A DNA stretch of 64,000 nucleotides from Bigelowiella natans CCMP2755 (GCA_000320545.1 ADNK01003385.1:1-64000); one strand, 5' to 3'. Positions 14,566-30,151 are shown, numbered from the stretch's first letter. Notes: generated from the sequence alone by a model not told the origin. Numbers and translations: made by a program.

Positions 14566-15186
14566 GCGTGCGCGCGCGCGCACTTCTTTTACTTGTACTG
14601 CTATCATTTTCACATACATGTCGGGGTTGGTTTGAAGGCGCGTCTTAACGACATCTAAGGGTACTAGCACTCCGTGAGTTGTGGTGCACCCTGCGAGCTG
14701 TATGCAGCAAATCAATAGAGTCAAGAGTTGAACAAACCAAACAAAAATTACGCAAAATCACTAGAATTCAAGATGGGACAAGCAGCAGAAAAAAGCTACA
14801 TTTTCATTATCGTTATCATTATTATTGCTATGATTGTTATTGATATATACTAGCAATTTGGTGTTTATACATGTTCTTCTTAGTGACATCTCTATGCTAC
14901 TCATACCACTACCATGCTGCGGCTACTAGAAAATCGATTATATGTATGCAAATACCCCTGCGGCCGCGAACACGGCGTAGATGACCGTATTTAGCCTGTG
15001 AGAGTTACAAAAACAACGAGTAGAACGATGATTGATCGAAGAAGCACAGCATCATCATCACCACCATCATCATCATGATCACTATCACAAAAATCGATCT
15101 TTCTAAGATAATCGAGTGAGAGAGGGAGAGAGAGAAAGGAGAAATGCATTCAAGGAGCACTCTCTTGAAGCAACCACATCTCTATT

Positions 15187-15221
<35 letters not shown>

Positions 15222-15488
15222 ATAGTTATCATTTATTGTAATTATTGTAGTGCTAGGTAGGTCTACCTTCTCTCTCTGCTAACAGGAGAAGCTGCTTTCT
15301 CCTTCGGTTCCTAAAGAAGATTAATACCAATATATATTGTTGATACTGGTATTGATTGAGAGTATTATACATATGAATGATACTCAATACACCACCAATA
15401 ACGGAAGAGAAACACTGACAGGTCAAACGTTAAGTTTCTTCGTCTCCTTTTCTAATCTTCATCATCACCATCATCACCATCATCGCCA

Positions 15489-15524
<36 letters not shown>

Positions 15525-15859
15525 CTGAAGAAGAAATTGATGTGACTTCGGTACCTAATAGATTTGATGATGATGATGAGGAGGAGGAGGAGGAGGAGGA
15601 GGGGGAGGGGGGGGCGAGGAGGGTGGTTCGTGGGGTTGATGATGAGCGACATGGCAAAAATGATTCCTACCTAATGAAATGGCGCGTATGATGATGTTTA
15701 CCAAAGGCACTTATTATTATAATTATTATTGTTACTATTATTATCATTATTATTATTATTACTACTATTATTATCATTTTCCGTGAGTAGTATCATGGCT
15801 GTGTATGGTGATGGAATTATTCTTATAGGATTGAGCACTACATCATTATTATCGATCAG

Positions 15860-15893
<34 letters not shown>

Positions 15894-16390
15894 AGTTGTT
15901 TACCTGATTGTATGGGATGTAATATCCGGAAGAAGTAGCGTCATTAGGAGAAGACAGCTTCAGCGGTGTCGAGGAGTGGAGTAGCCTTTGGTATTAGTTA
16001 GGGTGGTGGTTATATAATATATATATCGAAGAACAACAGCAAATAGTACTAACGAATGAGTCATTAAGGCACGAGGTAGGTACACATTGCAGCAGTGGTA
16101 GTAGTAGTAGAAGTAGTGGTAGTAGTAGTTGTAGTGTTAGTAGTAGTAGCAGCCGTAGTTCTAACAGTAGCAGGGGGAGGGGGAGGAGGAGGAGAGGGGT
16201 GATAATGATGATAATGATAATGATGATGATGATGATGGTGATGATAATGCAAACCATGGGAGGTTCCGCTCATCAAGATTCTCCTCGACGGCTGAAAGCA
16301 GTTATCATTATATGTATTTGTATCATGAATGTGATGGTAATACTCGTATATATCTGCTACATGTCCTAACCATCGTGGAAAATAGAAGTA

Positions 16391-16431
<41 letters not shown>

Positions 16432-16659
16432 AGCATAGTAGTTGTTGGATAGAGAAAAGTGTGGAATTTTAACTTAGAAAGAAGAAAGAAGAAGAAGAAG
16501 AAGAAGAAGAAGAAGAGGGAGGGGAAGTTGTAGTAGAAGAAGAAGAATAAGAATATGATCATTCTTGAAAGTGATTGAGACAGAGCAGCAGCAGGAGGAG
16601 GAGGACTACATTTCTGCATCTCTCGAAGAACAATTCCGCCGCTTATACTCTCCTGGTGG

Positions 16660-16700
<41 letters not shown>

Positions 16701-17938
16701 AAAACACAAGAACACAATTTCTTATAAAAATGATGATGATGATATAATGGGTTTCTTATCTTCAGTATATTACTAGCTGATGATGCCATCATCATCATCT
16801 TCTTCTTCATCATCGTGTTGTTGTCTTTTTACTTGGAATTGAGGTTCTACATCCAGCTGCTCTTTGCATTCTTTAATTAGTGCTTTGGGCTGCATCTCTC
16901 CAGGAAGCATCGAGAACTAATGATGATAATTGATGATGTTGATGATGATGATGATAATAATGAAGATGTAACAATGATGACTAACATCAATCTTGAGAAT
17001 AATGGGAGTATGGAACGTTTCCCCGTCTCTCAATATATAATAGAATACTCTCATGGATAATGATGATGACAATACCCCGTAAGTAACATGAATGCATTGG
17101 CGCATACACGAGAAGCACACAATAGATAATAACTAACTACGGCTAGTATCTACCGCGAGAAGAAGCTGTTTCCTGGCTACAGGTGTGCCCCCATATAACG
17201 TCAAAAGTCTTTGCAATAATCTCGTAGAACCTATTTGCAGCAGAGGGAAGGAGGAGGAGTGGATTTATGATAAGGATGATGATGATGGTGGTGGGGATGA
17301 TGATGATCGTTGTGGTGGTGATAGTTCCGATATACTCTACCAACAACAACAACAACAACGACGACGTCAACGATAATACACCTTGAGGGTCAGTGTAAGA
17401 TCCGAGCCTTGATGATGGTAGTCGTCAGCATCGTTGATTATTGCCAGGAGATTAATGATTGCAAGAATGATAGTAGCAATCAAGGGTCGTCGTTCATTTA
17501 TAACATCATACCAAACGTGTGCGACAGAGAAGGAGCATAGAGGATGGTGATGCGTAAAGAACAAACAAACAAACAAACAAACAAGAGGGGGATAATAATA
17601 ATAATAATAAGAAGAAGAAGAAGAAGAAAATCAGATTCTATGTGATGATGGTGGTCGCGGGTGAGGATGATGATAGTACACTAAGTGATGAGTAGTGTGT
17701 GTATTCTATTGAAAGTTTCCTATTTTATCACTTGATGATGATGTAGTTGCTGCTACCCGTACTGCAAGGAAAGAGCGTATTCTCCTAAAGCTTTTCTCAT
17801 ATATTCATCCTTTTCCTCCGGCCTGATAGGACATCGATATACAGCAGTATTATGATAATGGTAACAATAATTATTGGCGCTAGTTGTAGGTGTAGTAGCA
17901 GCAGTATCAAGGGTAGGAATAAGAATGGGAGAAAATGA

Positions 17939-17973
<35 letters not shown>

Positions 17974-18141
17974 ATGATGATGATGATGATGATGATGACG
18001 ATGCCTGATGATGATGAAAAACGAGGAAAATAGAGACTAGAAACATTCCCAATAATTTCAATAGGAACGACTCATACAAATACCACCTCAATTTTGGATT
18101 TAATGAAGATTGTTTGTAACGCCAGTACCCAAGTCCACGAC

Positions 18142-18189
<48 letters not shown>

Positions 18190-18192
18190 ATA

Positions 18193-18223
<31 letters not shown>

Positions 18224-18559
18224 ATTTTGTGTGATTTATATTCCAAATAATGAATAATATTTAAGTTTCAAATGCTGTCTGAGCAGTAGCAATTGTATGC
18301 AGCATTATCATCGTCAATATCATCATCCTCCTCCTCCTCCTGATCATCATCATCTTGTTGTTGTTGTTGTTCTTGTACGTACGTCTCCTCAAAGTGAATG
18401 AAGAAACGTGAGAGGTAAGATGTAAACTTGCGATTGTACATTGACAGCGACTTTTCGAACTGATCGTTGTCCAAAGACAACAAACAACAACGACAACAAC
18501 AACAAAAAGAACAAGAAGAAGAAGAAGAAGCAGAAGCACGTCTCACACAAAGCATGACC

Positions 18560-18597
<38 letters not shown>

Positions 18598-19061
18598 CCC
18601 ATATTCATATACTACAAGTGTAGTCTGGCAAAGGTAACGTTAGTCCGTAGGTACTCTCTTCTATCACAACAGCATCACAACTATAATGATGCTATACAGC
18701 ATCATGAACAACGCAATCATCATGATCATCATGATCATCATGATCATGATCATGATCATCATCGTCGTCGTCGTAGTCTTTTTCTTCTCATTATCTTTTC
18801 TTTTAATTAGTAGTCCCCTCCTCCTCCCCCTCTTTATTTGTTGGGATGTTTGTAGAATGATTACATTATCTCTGTCAACCAATGACGTCTCCAGCTTTCT
18901 CCATACACATCCATCAGGCTCTACGCATATAGCACCCTCCCCTGCACAACCCCACGCAATAATCATGTGTCAGCATAATGAACATCCTCAAATAGTGCGT
19001 GGTAGAGAGAGAGAGGGAGGAAGAGGAAGAGAGAGAGAGAGATAGAGAAGACACCAATATA

Positions 19062-19104
<43 letters not shown>

Positions 19105-19887
19105 CAATTCCACGCTGAGCTACTTTTTACAACACCACCCACCTGTATTTCTCCAATTATACTTCCAACCCCCCAAGCATTCCTCCTGAGCAGCTGCTTT
19201 TGGAAACAACCTTGGGACCTCATCCTCTCCTTGGTACTCCCTCAACCGCTCCTTGCTGTTACTACCCCCTCCATTTATTGTCCCAACACCAAAACTATTA
19301 CCCCCACCACCACCGATATTTCTGCCAGCATAGTAAGGCTCTTTCGAGTAAATACTATCTGGATCTCTACTTCTCCCCAGCGCAGCGGCCATGGCGCTGT
19401 TAGTATTGCTGCTACTCGCCGCTGCGATGGTACTTGCTAGCCCCAGGAGTGAGGCCATTTTAAGCGTGTCCCTTTTCTTTCTCCTACTACTGCTCAGTGA
19501 CTGTTGAGGAGGGGTAGGAAGAGGAGGACGAAGAGAAGATGATGATGATGACGATGCTTTTTTTGCCAAGGGTGTGACTTCAGGCTTAATACGAACACCC
19601 CCCTTCTCCTTTCTCACTCCTCGCCCAAGCCCACTGTTTATTGACGGGGCTGAAGGAAATTCTGAAGCAGGTTGTGATGATGATGATGGCAGCAGCATTT
19701 GTTCTTTGCGAAGACGCTGCATAACTTTGGCTCGTTGCTGCCGCGAATGTACGCGTCCCTCACAGCCCAGAATCATAATCACCCAAAGAGCAGTGACAAG
19801 AATACGTCGTTGTATCCTCCTTTCCTGCTGCTGCATTACCACCCGCTGCTGCTGCCACTGTTGGCTCTCCTCCCTCTGATTCCCCAT
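11476..19887 (-). CDS. Mitochondrial-carrier-family phosphate carrier (PiC/MIR1-like) with a long N-terminal extension and plastid-type leader (many micro-exons)
   Basis: Carrier exons: CTTTHGVLVPLDVVKTRLQTNP (PxDxxK signature), YPNLIEGAARIYKE, ATVVGYSWYGLTVYPGYELLKR, ACIGVTPAETARIRIVAQPDYADS, EEGVASLFQGFGPLATRQ, VLFGMMKFFIFD, AASVVSQPADTILSKMKQ, GLAGLYLGLPSR, ILWATPIIAGQFFLYDLLK...* (stop 11476). N-terminal exons: ATG 19887, YNRKFTSYLSRFFIHFEE, ALGEYALSLQYG, FSMLPGEMQPKALI. The carrier part is secure; the join to the N-terminal exons is inferred. Confidence 0.8.
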
Positions 19888-20545
19888 CGAGTTTCTTCCT
19901 TCCACCACTGAGGGGTCAGCAACTGATATCTCACACTCTTTCGACCAGCTGTTGTGCTATCAGTGCATCGTAGATTGAAGAGGAAGGTGGTGAAAGGGGG
20001 GTTTTAGAGATGAAGTACGAGCTGGTTATGGGGAGGAGGCTTCTGCTTCGAACATGTGGCGGGAAAAGCGCCTTGCATGTCAGGAGCAAAATCCCCAGAA
20101 AAGGCCATTTCTTGGACTACGACAACAAAAGGAATGACCATCACCACGAGATCACCCCGAGATAAGAAACTCGTTGCATCTGGGTTAAGAAGCAAGTAAT
20201 CCATTTGATTGGATAGCTGCGACTTGGAGATAAACACAAAATAGGATGATGTGCCATGTAAATGAAGGAAGTGTGTTCTTTCCCTCTTCCTTCTTACACC
20301 TTTCATTCGATCAGTGGCAGATATCTCCTGTCTCCGAGGTGTATTCCTGTGGTAAATAATGGCTGCGACTTTGTAATTTACTGAAATTTTTGCGGATTTT
20401 GAGATATCAGCTCGCTAAAAGTGGAAGTCGATAGTTGCATCAATACTCCAACGCACACGCACCGGGTAGCTTCTCCTTAACCGCCCACCTCTCTCTCTTG
20501 ATACCTCTCGGTAAATCCCTCTCTTCTTCCGTACAAAGGATAACT

Positions 20546-22045
20546 ATGGAACGGAGGTACTATTTTAAGCTCTACACTTGAAAAAATTGGAAAGTATTTC
20601 AACTCAATGGGTTGATTTGTTCAGATGGGCTTATTTCGCTATCAGTATCTTCGTGTCTACGGTGAAAAAAATGTTATCTACATGACGCCGATGTTTGAAG
20701 TTGATGTGGTATTTGATATTCTAGTGTTGTGCCGTCAACTACGCTTTTGCTGTGCTCACGGATACGTTGAAAGATGATTTTCACTTTACGCAAACGCAAG
20801 TTGATTTTGTCGGTAAGGAGCAAAGTAGAACAACCTCCCAGCATGACTGGTTCTGCAAGACTTACCTCCTGTGTTCTTGTTTATGATATAGGTACGTGTG
20901 GAAATCTGGGTCAGTACTTCGGTTTTATCGCTGGGTTGGTCTTCGATAAGTATGGACCTAGGGTTAGCCTCACCGTTGCCGCCTTTCTTCTCCTTACGGG
21001 GTACTAAGTAACAAACGGTGTTCTTGGGTTGTTGATGTTCACAAAATCTACTAGCTAATAAAGTAACCTTCGATTTATAATGGCATCACGATATTCTTTT
21101 CGCTCTTCTTGAAAGGTTTGGATCACTAGCTATAGCCCTCAGTGGAGCTATTCCTCACCCAACCCTTGGGATGGTTGCGTTCTTCTACTTCATTGGATCA
21201 CGTACAAATAATACTACTAATCGATGATAAGATGTTACACGTGTTGCACTACACCACGATCGTTTATTCACACTATGTAATACCGGGATTACCATACCTG
21301 CTACTTATCTGTTGTATCCATTGATGACATTATGATTCTACTACTACTTACTACATCATTAGATTCGCAACCATGGTTAGACAACGCTGCAATAGTGACG
21401 AATATATCCAATTTTCCTCAGCACACCGGGTAGTAGTAGTAGTACGATGTAGATGAAATGGTGTATATTATTATTATAATAATGATTATCATTTATTATT
21501 ATCAGGCTTGTCGTAGGGTTGGGGAAGGCCTTCAATGGCCTCGGAGCAAGCGTCCTAAGCTTGATCTATTCCGGAGCATTCGCACCAAATGCAGTATTGT
21601 ATCTGGTCTTTCTTTCAATATTTCCTACAGTCGTTGCGCTTGTTGCTGCTAGTATAGCACGAATCGTCGATCATCAAGCTCAAATCAAACCATGCTACAC
21701 AGGACGTCTACTCCTCGGGTAGGTAGGAGGGTAGTAGAGGTAGGGGTAGGAGGATACCTAGGTAGTGGTTGTTGTTGATGATGATGATGATGATAGAGGA
21801 AATACTGTTACTTCCTCTCAACATCATCTACCTATATTTATCATCCTCATCCTCATCATCATCATCATCATCAACAACATCAGTATAATAATAATGGTGA
21901 TTGTCGTGATCATACACTACGTATGTGCAACCTATAACAGGTATGGTGTTGCAATACTATTGATGATATATCTTGCTTCGATCTCAATATATGAGTCCTC
22001 CATTGAGGGCGGTGTGGATTCTACAACAAAAGCTGTTTGTGCGGG

Positions 22046-22094
<49 letters not shown>

Positions 22095-23113
22095 GAGAAA
22101 GATGCAAACGGTTCTTATTAAGATCGAATTTCCCTTTTCTGGGAAAAAATGGTATGAATAACTGTGCAATTGACATCATAGCAGTCAATTTCACGAGTGA
22201 TGATCATAAGCGTGCATACTTCAATATTATACTCACAATGCATTTGTTATTGCTCTTTCCTCTCCTCCTCCCCTGTCCTCCTCTTCAATGCTTCTTTCTC
22301 TTCTTTCTCCACTACTATGAATCAACAAATATTTAGGGGCGTTGGTTGTATTCTATGGCGCATTTTTATACATTCCATTCTCATTTTCGAAACGGACGGC
22401 TGAACTTATGAAAGAAGGAAGTAATGACGATGATGATAATGATGATGATCATCATCGTGAGGCTACATCTTCTACCCCTGGTCGTCATTACACTAAGCTC
22501 GCTCCTGGGTCTGACCTTGCCATCAATAGGGGTGGTAAGAAGACACATCACACCCAATGATGATGATGATGATGAAGATGATGATGATGACGATGATGAT
22601 GATGATGATAATAATGGGAGTGGAGGTGCTGCTGCTGTATGTTTATATGTGTGTATGTATACTGCTACTATGGAAGAAGGAAGGACACATTATGCGAGAT
22701 AACGAGTCACAACTACCCTCATCAGTTGATTGATTCACGCTCGTAGTTACCTGCCAGCTGTGTGGAGAATAGTAATTCCAATACTACCACCAGATATTAC
22801 ATATGTAGTAAGTAAGTAAGTGTGTGTGTGTGTGTGTGTGTGTGTATAAGGAGGAGGACACGTCAGCTATGACGAGAATAATAACGAAATCGAGGAGTTG
22901 AAAGCAGGAGGAAGAATAAGCAGCAAGGATGATGAGGAGGAGGAGGAGGAGGAAGAAGAAGGGAGAGGAAGTGTAAACAGTGATGATGATGGTATTCACG
23001 AGGAGACTCACGGTGGGTATGTCCCTCTTTTGGGAGAAACCAATGTATGGCAAGCAATATGCACCATGGAATTCTGGCTGGTAGGTCACACCCACGGCAA
23101 TAGTAGTTGTATT

Positions 23114-23146
<33 letters not shown>

Positions 23147-23816
23147 GTGATATAAGGGTGATGATGCTACCTCACACACTTTTACTACTACTACTACTAC
23201 TACTACCACTACCACATTCTGTGTAAGACCATAGAAATTTATGACACACGTGCATCTGATTCTCCTCCTCCTCCTCCTCTTCTTCTTCTTTTCCAACTCT
23301 ACACTACATAATAGTCGATCTTAATATCATATTTATGCGCACATATTGTTTCCTATACTATCACATTGTTTATCATTCATTATCATGCTGTTTTTGAGTT
23401 TGATTTTCTTCTTGTTGTTGTTCTTCTTTCTCTTTATCTTTGATGATGATCACACTATTGTAGGTATTTACCGCAACGACTATAATCGCAGGGTCCGGGC
23501 TAGCAGTCATCAATAATGTCGCTCAAATTGTGGAGGTGCTCGTCCTCATCACCATCCTTATCTTCATCATCATCATCATCATCGTGCATGAAATCTGATA
23601 GGCTTTGAACGGAGGCAAGAAAGATTCGTCTACCACGGGTGTATTTGTGACGATAATAGCGAGTGGAAGTGCTTCAGGGCGACTAGCAGTAGGAGCCATT
23701 GCCTCAGCATTCAAGTCAAAGCGGCAAAAATGGCAAATACTGCTCTGTATTAGTGCTATGCTCATGACGGCTGCTTGCTGCTTTCTTGGATGGATGTCAC
23801 AGGTACTACGAGTAGT

Positions 23817-23856
<40 letters not shown>

Positions 23857-24285
23857 AGAGAAAAGGAAATCAGAAAAGAAATAGTTGGCTGGAGGAGCAT
23901 GAGGAGAAGACTATCATAATCTTCATCATTACCATCTTAAATGATTACTACGAACAGCCTACCATGTATCTTCTTATTATATATAAATGTGTGTGATCAT
24001 CATTCAGCTTGGATCTCTATATGCTACGTGCTTGGTTGTGGGGATTGCATTTGGCATGTTATGGGCCTTGGTCACTAATAGTAGTAATAGTAGAGAACAT
24101 AATTACGAGAAACAACAACAATAACAACAAAAAGACGACGAAGAAACAGAAGAAGAAGAAACATACGAGAAAAGGGCTATTTTTTAACAAAGATTGAATG
24201 AGCAAAGGAGGTGGTGATAAATGGCTATAAGTAGCTAATAATGAGGATACTTAATAAATAAGACAACACATCAACTTTGTTGTCG

Positions 24286-24324
<39 letters not shown>

Positions 24325-24664
24325 GATTTACATCCCTTTTTTTGGTTATTGTCAAGTCATCTAGACTTCCATGGTCACTCGCCATCAAATAATCTCATCT
24401 TGATCTTTCTGTTTATCCCCCCTCCTTCTCCTTCCTTCATCTTCTCCTCCTTGCTCAGGTTGTCCCCTTGCTGTTAGATCTCTACGGGATGTGCGAATTA
24501 GCAGCCATATACAGCGCTGTAAACTTTGCCCCGATGTTAGGCTCTTTGTGTATAGCGACGTATATATTCGGCACCTTCTACGATATTGAGAAACGTCATC
24601 AAGGCAAAGCTGATAGTAGCGACGAGGCTTGCATTGGAATTCAGTGCTTTCAGACAGGTCATTT

Positions 24665-24697
<33 letters not shown>

Positions 24698-24842
24698 TCA
24701 TCTTATTCAATGAATGGAGAGTAACAATCAAGTTGCTCTCCATTCCCAAAGCAAATGTGTGTGTTGTTTGGACATATTAAGGATGGTAGGTAGGTAGGTA
24801 GGTAGGTAGGTAGGTAGTAGTAGCTGTTTGTGTGTGTGTGGA

Positions 24843-24879
<37 letters not shown>

Positions 24880-25174
24880 GTCCTCATAGTAAGCAACAAA
24901 CAAACAAATAATGAAGAGGAGGAGCGAATATCACTACTACAACTATAACTGCTGCTACTGCTGCTGCTGCTACTACTGCTAATACCAACTAGGGTTCATG
25001 ATTCTTTCTGGCCTTGGAATCTTTGCTATTGCTTGTACGTACCTGCTCTATTGCCGGTGCTATGCAGCTTGCAGAGGCGAGTTCTCCATTCTACTCCAGT
25101 ACCAGAATAATCAGCAGCAACGTGACGACGAAGTAAAGGAGGTTGAGGTGGTGGTGGGGGAGGATGGCCGATGA
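20546..25174 (+). CDS. Nodulin-like major facilitator superfamily transporter (NFD4/Mch1-type)
   Basis: Exons MER|WAYFAISIFVST|CCAVNYAFAVLTDTLKDDFHFTQTQVDFV|GTCGNLGQYFGFIAGLVFDKYGPR, DNAAIVTNISNFPQHTG, VVGLGKAFNGLGASVL, ETNVWQAICTMEFWL, IAGSGLAVINNVAQIV, ASGRLAVG, DLYGMCELAAIYSAVNFAPMLGSL, CIGIQCFQT, GFMILSGLG...EDGR*. Confidence 0.85.
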
Positions 25175-26554
25175 TCGATGATCGAAGATGACGGGACAAG
25201 AATTACCAACTGTAGAAAACACAACAGCACTAACAGTATAATCGCAAAGAACAAGAAGAGGATGGTCAGAATAGATGCTACTGGAGATTATAGCAGTGGT
25301 GCCTAGTAGTAGTAGCGCATGATGTAAGTAATGAGCGGTGGTAAAAATTATCAATATAGCTGAAGATAACGATGATTGATAATAATGATCTAGATAATGA
25401 TGATGATGATGATGAAGAAGTGGAAAATAAGTAGACGTAATTCCCACTAGCAAAGTTAAGAAGTAAATGGTGGAGGTTAGTAATGCATTTTCATAAATTA
25501 TGTACAATAGACTGATAATACATGTTTACAATCTACATTTTCATCTTTATAGCATGATGTGCGTACACAAAGCAATCGCAAAATCATGGCAGATGGCAGT
25601 GCTTTATTTTCAAAAAAAGGGCTGCGGCACAGCTAGCGAATTTGGTAAATAATGAAAAATTCGTGTCTCAATACTAGAATATGGAAAGTCCAAGTACAAC
25701 TTGTGGAAGAGTTGCTAAACATTCATTATTACCAAAAATTCAGGCAGCATCAAAAGTTTGAATTGTGGATGTGGTTATTCGCAGTGGTACAAGGCGTTTC
25801 CCCCACCAAGCTAGCAAGTGGGCCATTTGTGGGGTGCATGTGACACGCACAGCATGCTTGCATGCTATCTAGCTATGCACAAGACAGCAATAGACGACAG
25901 CAACATTGCATGTGCATCATGTCTAGATGTTACATGTCCATCACATCATCATTGTCCTTGTCTACCCTAGCACCGCTAGACCGTGAAAATGAGGCCACGC
26001 TAGCACGGTCTCAGCTAGTCAGCTAGCGGTCGTGCATGCATATATGCATGCAGCACCAAACACTAGCTGCACACTGGTTAGCTAATAATAACTGTGCTAG
26101 TGCAGCTATTATACTATAGCTGATAGTTTGACGCATCATGAATGCCACTCGCGCACATTGCTCACATCTACACATGCCAGGACATATTTTGCATATGAGT
26201 TCGCAGCTGTGCGTCCCGACGACCATTCGAACGAACTTCACAACACGAGCTAGCAATCTAGCAATAGAGCAGCATACCAAAAATGTAGTGTAGTGTTGGC
26301 TTGCATTGCTCAAAAAGCAGACGGCTAGAGTAAAATCGATCAATGTGGACCGAACACATTAGGAGTGCGATTTACAGCTAGTAACGAATGAACTGATCTA
26401 GTGGCATCACCAACGTCACATGCATGTACATGTCATTGACAATGTTGTTGCATTCATTTCATCGCCTTTTGCACCACCCACTACGATACGTACTCCCAAG
26501 ATCTTACATAGCCTCCCAGCACCGTCTTAAAGATGTGTTTTCTATGGATGGAAG

Positions 26555-27149
26555 CTACTTAAGCATCTTCACTCTGCTCTCCTCAGGAATAGGCTCGAGC
26601 CGAGTGACACCGTTCATATATGGAACGAGCACCTAGATTTGCATTGGATTGAGTTATTAATAATATTAGAAGTAGTAGAAGAAGAAAAATAACAAAATGA
26701 AAAAGATGAAAAATAAGAATGGAAGAAAAAGGAAAAACAGTAGGAACGATGATAAATAGTCGAATTTTCCAATCATATTATATGTATTTTTATAAGTTAG
26801 TATAAAATAAACTATATTTGTAACTAATTCGCACAGAAGAACACAAGAGCAATCATCGATGTGGAAGTAAGAACTAACTACAGTGTACGACGATATATGT
26901 AACGGTTATATATTGAAGAGATGTATTATATGTAGAAAGATAATACTTCTGGCACTGTAATAGACCCGTCTGGATTTTGATAATTCTCAAGAATTGCCAC
27001 CTAAATTGATAAGATGCATCAAAGGCACATCGATGATGATTCAAGCACAATTAAGACAAAGAAGAAGAAGAAGAAGAAGAAGAAGACAGGAAATAAAGAC
27101 TAAAGATAACATATTTAAGTCTACTGGTCCCTCTCCCCCTTCTCCCCCT

Positions 27150-27197
<48 letters not shown>

Positions 27198-27220
27198 GAC
27201 AGAGAGAGACAGAGAGAGAC

Positions 27221-27275
<55 letters not shown>

Positions 27276-27651
27276 AGGAGACATGAAAAGAGAACAGATG
27301 GATTGTTAGTGATAGTTACCAGTGCCCTTCCAACGGCTACTCCTGAGCCGTTCATCGTATGGCAAAATACCGTCTTTTTATTGCCCTGAGGATGATGCTC
27401 AAATATTATGGAAAGAAGTAGGTCATGATACAATACATACTTATTCATTCTTGTACTGATGAATCAAGAAACTCTCCCCGTCATCGTCATCACCTCATCA
27501 TACTCATCATATTCTTCTACTGCTACTACACTCGTCACCACCTTCTTCTTTTTATTTTTTCCTCCTCCTCCTCCTCCCTTTTCTCCTTCCTCGTCGTCGC
27601 TATTTTTCTTCTCATCAGGTTTATACCGAAGGGCCATGCGTCGAGCCTTCG

Positions 27652-27687
<36 letters not shown>

Positions 27688-27856
27688 CTATACATGAGCA
27701 GGAAGAAAACGGAGAGTACAGGGGCCTCAAATACAGCATAAAATACAGCATACAGCTACCATACCAATTCCCAATTCAATTGCGTTGTCACCGATATTTT
27801 ATGTTTGAAGATGTTATCATGTCTATATATTTCCATAACTACAACTGCTTGCTGCC

Positions 27857-27892
<36 letters not shown>

Positions 27893-27990
27893 ACTACGGA
27901 GATCATCGCATAAGACAACAACACAACTTAGACGGTTCATTTTGCTGATGATGGTCATCATCGACTACTACTATTGCTTTTCTTGATTGA

Positions 27991-28028
<38 letters not shown>

Positions 28029-29043
28029 GAAAGTCTCCACAATTGGACACCGAAGCGATTTCACGATATTGTCCTTGCCCTGGCATCCATACCTGAGATG
28101 ATGATGATGGTGATGATGATGATATGGTGTTTGTAATGTTCTCTCGTCTCCTGCCCCTTTACTCTTTACCAGCCCCCCCCTTATCATCATCATTACCTAC
28201 ATATGTTGTCCTCATCGATACATATCCATTAACTACAGCTGGTGCTGCTGCTACTACTACTACAACTACTAGTAGTAGTAGTAGTATTACCTCTAAATCG
28301 TAGCAATGCCGTGCTGAAAAACCGATGTCGCCACTACATAGCCTCACCTTCAAAGACATGATTCATGAATAACGAGAGTGATAATAATGATAATTGCAAT
28401 GAGTAGTAGGGGGGGGGGGGGGGGGGGGGGAGGATTATGAGGAGGAATGGCCTCGTTATCATGATAGTGAAAAGGGAAGCTTGAGGAGTATCAGTGTTAC
28501 CTTGCGGTAGGGTAATTTCAAGGCTCTTAACACATTCTCAGAATGCTGACACATCTAGCAAGAATTGCAGTAGTGGTAGTACACAGAGGAGGAGGGGGGG
28601 AGAGGAGGAGGAGGAGGAGGAGGATTGTTAAAAGAATAGTAATGATCACTACCAGTATTATGTTCTTTACGATTATTATATGTTGTAGTATCTTATTATT
28701 TAGGTGATTCTCCTCCTCCTCCTCCTCCCCCATGCCTTCTCCTTGCGGTGATGATGCGTTGTTTGTAACGGTATTATATGGCTTTTGTTGATAACTAGTA
28801 AACAAACTACTTCTTCGTGAAGGTCATTGCTGCTTTCTTTGCTGCTAATTCTCACTAATTCGACCTAAATATATATACATGGAACGCAATCATGGGAGGG
28901 GGAGGGGGAGGGGGATAAAAATACTGAGCATCACAATATCCTCACATGCAAGATGATAGTATTCAGCAAACAGATCCCCATACGCCAAATACGAGAAAAA
29001 CACTTATTAGCGTTGGTATTACAATGGAAATACTACAACACCA

Positions 29044-29074
<31 letters not shown>

Positions 29075-29290
29075 TATGGAATTGGTGCTGACGAAGAAGA
29101 CCCCTTGTATCTCTCCCACCTATGATATCATATCATCGATGAAAGGTGAAAGAGAGGGTAGTAGTAGTAGCAGCAGCAGTAGCATATTGAATATCAAGTC
29201 AAAGAGAGAATAGTAGTAGTAGTAGTAGTTATAGCGTGATGACGACTACAACAAAGATAATGATGATGATGTGTAATGATGGATGGTGGG

Positions 29291-29328
<38 letters not shown>

Positions 29329-29559
29329 CATATCTTCCTTCCTCTCCCTCCCCCCCCTCTCACCTGAATCGGATTCTGCTCGAAAGCATGGTGTGTGAGC
29401 GACAAGAGAAATAGGAAGATCTGATTCCTAAACAGTGTTAAATCATCATTTTCAAGTTAAAAATCATAATTTCACATCGTTCAATGTGGTGCGTTTAATA
29501 GTTAATATGGTTTTATTGGGGTAGGACATGCAATGTAGCTCCTCTTTCTTTCCTTTTAG

Positions 29560-29596
<37 letters not shown>

Positions 29597-29643
29597 ATCA
29601 TCATCATTTTGACGATAACGTGTTCGCAATTATTAGCATGAAG

Positions 29644-29676
<33 letters not shown>

Positions 29677-30063
29677 GTAATATCCCGTCTCGATACAACG
29701 ACGTAAGAGGGACCTGGTAGGAGGAAGGGAGGGAGGGAGGGGGTTAGCAGCCATATAATATCAATATTAGTTGTATATGCTTGTCATCATTAGCATCATT
29801 ATCATCAATATCATAATTTCTTTTAATATCACATCAAGTCCATGGCTACCACCCCCCTTCTGATAGAGTCAAAACATGTAATCATTGAAAAGTAAATTCT
29901 CAATAGGTTGGAATCCATTGCTCTCGTGCATGTATTTTTTTGGGGATCCTTCTCCTCTTATCATCTACCTACCTCAGCAGTTGGAATTAGGAAAGAATCT
30001 TGCCCACTGAGTATGCGTGTGTGTGTGTGTGTGTGTGTGGGTGTGTGTGTGTGTGTGTGTGTG

Positions 30064-30108
<45 letters not shown>

Positions 30109-30151
30109 AGTGTGGCTAATCTATGATGCGGGGGCATGTTATCCATCATAG

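Noticed and set aside
7921-19887. phoD plus phosphate carrier as a phosphate gene cluster
   Set aside because: The genes are convergent, share no promoter and have different predicted compartments; adjacency alone is weak evidence.
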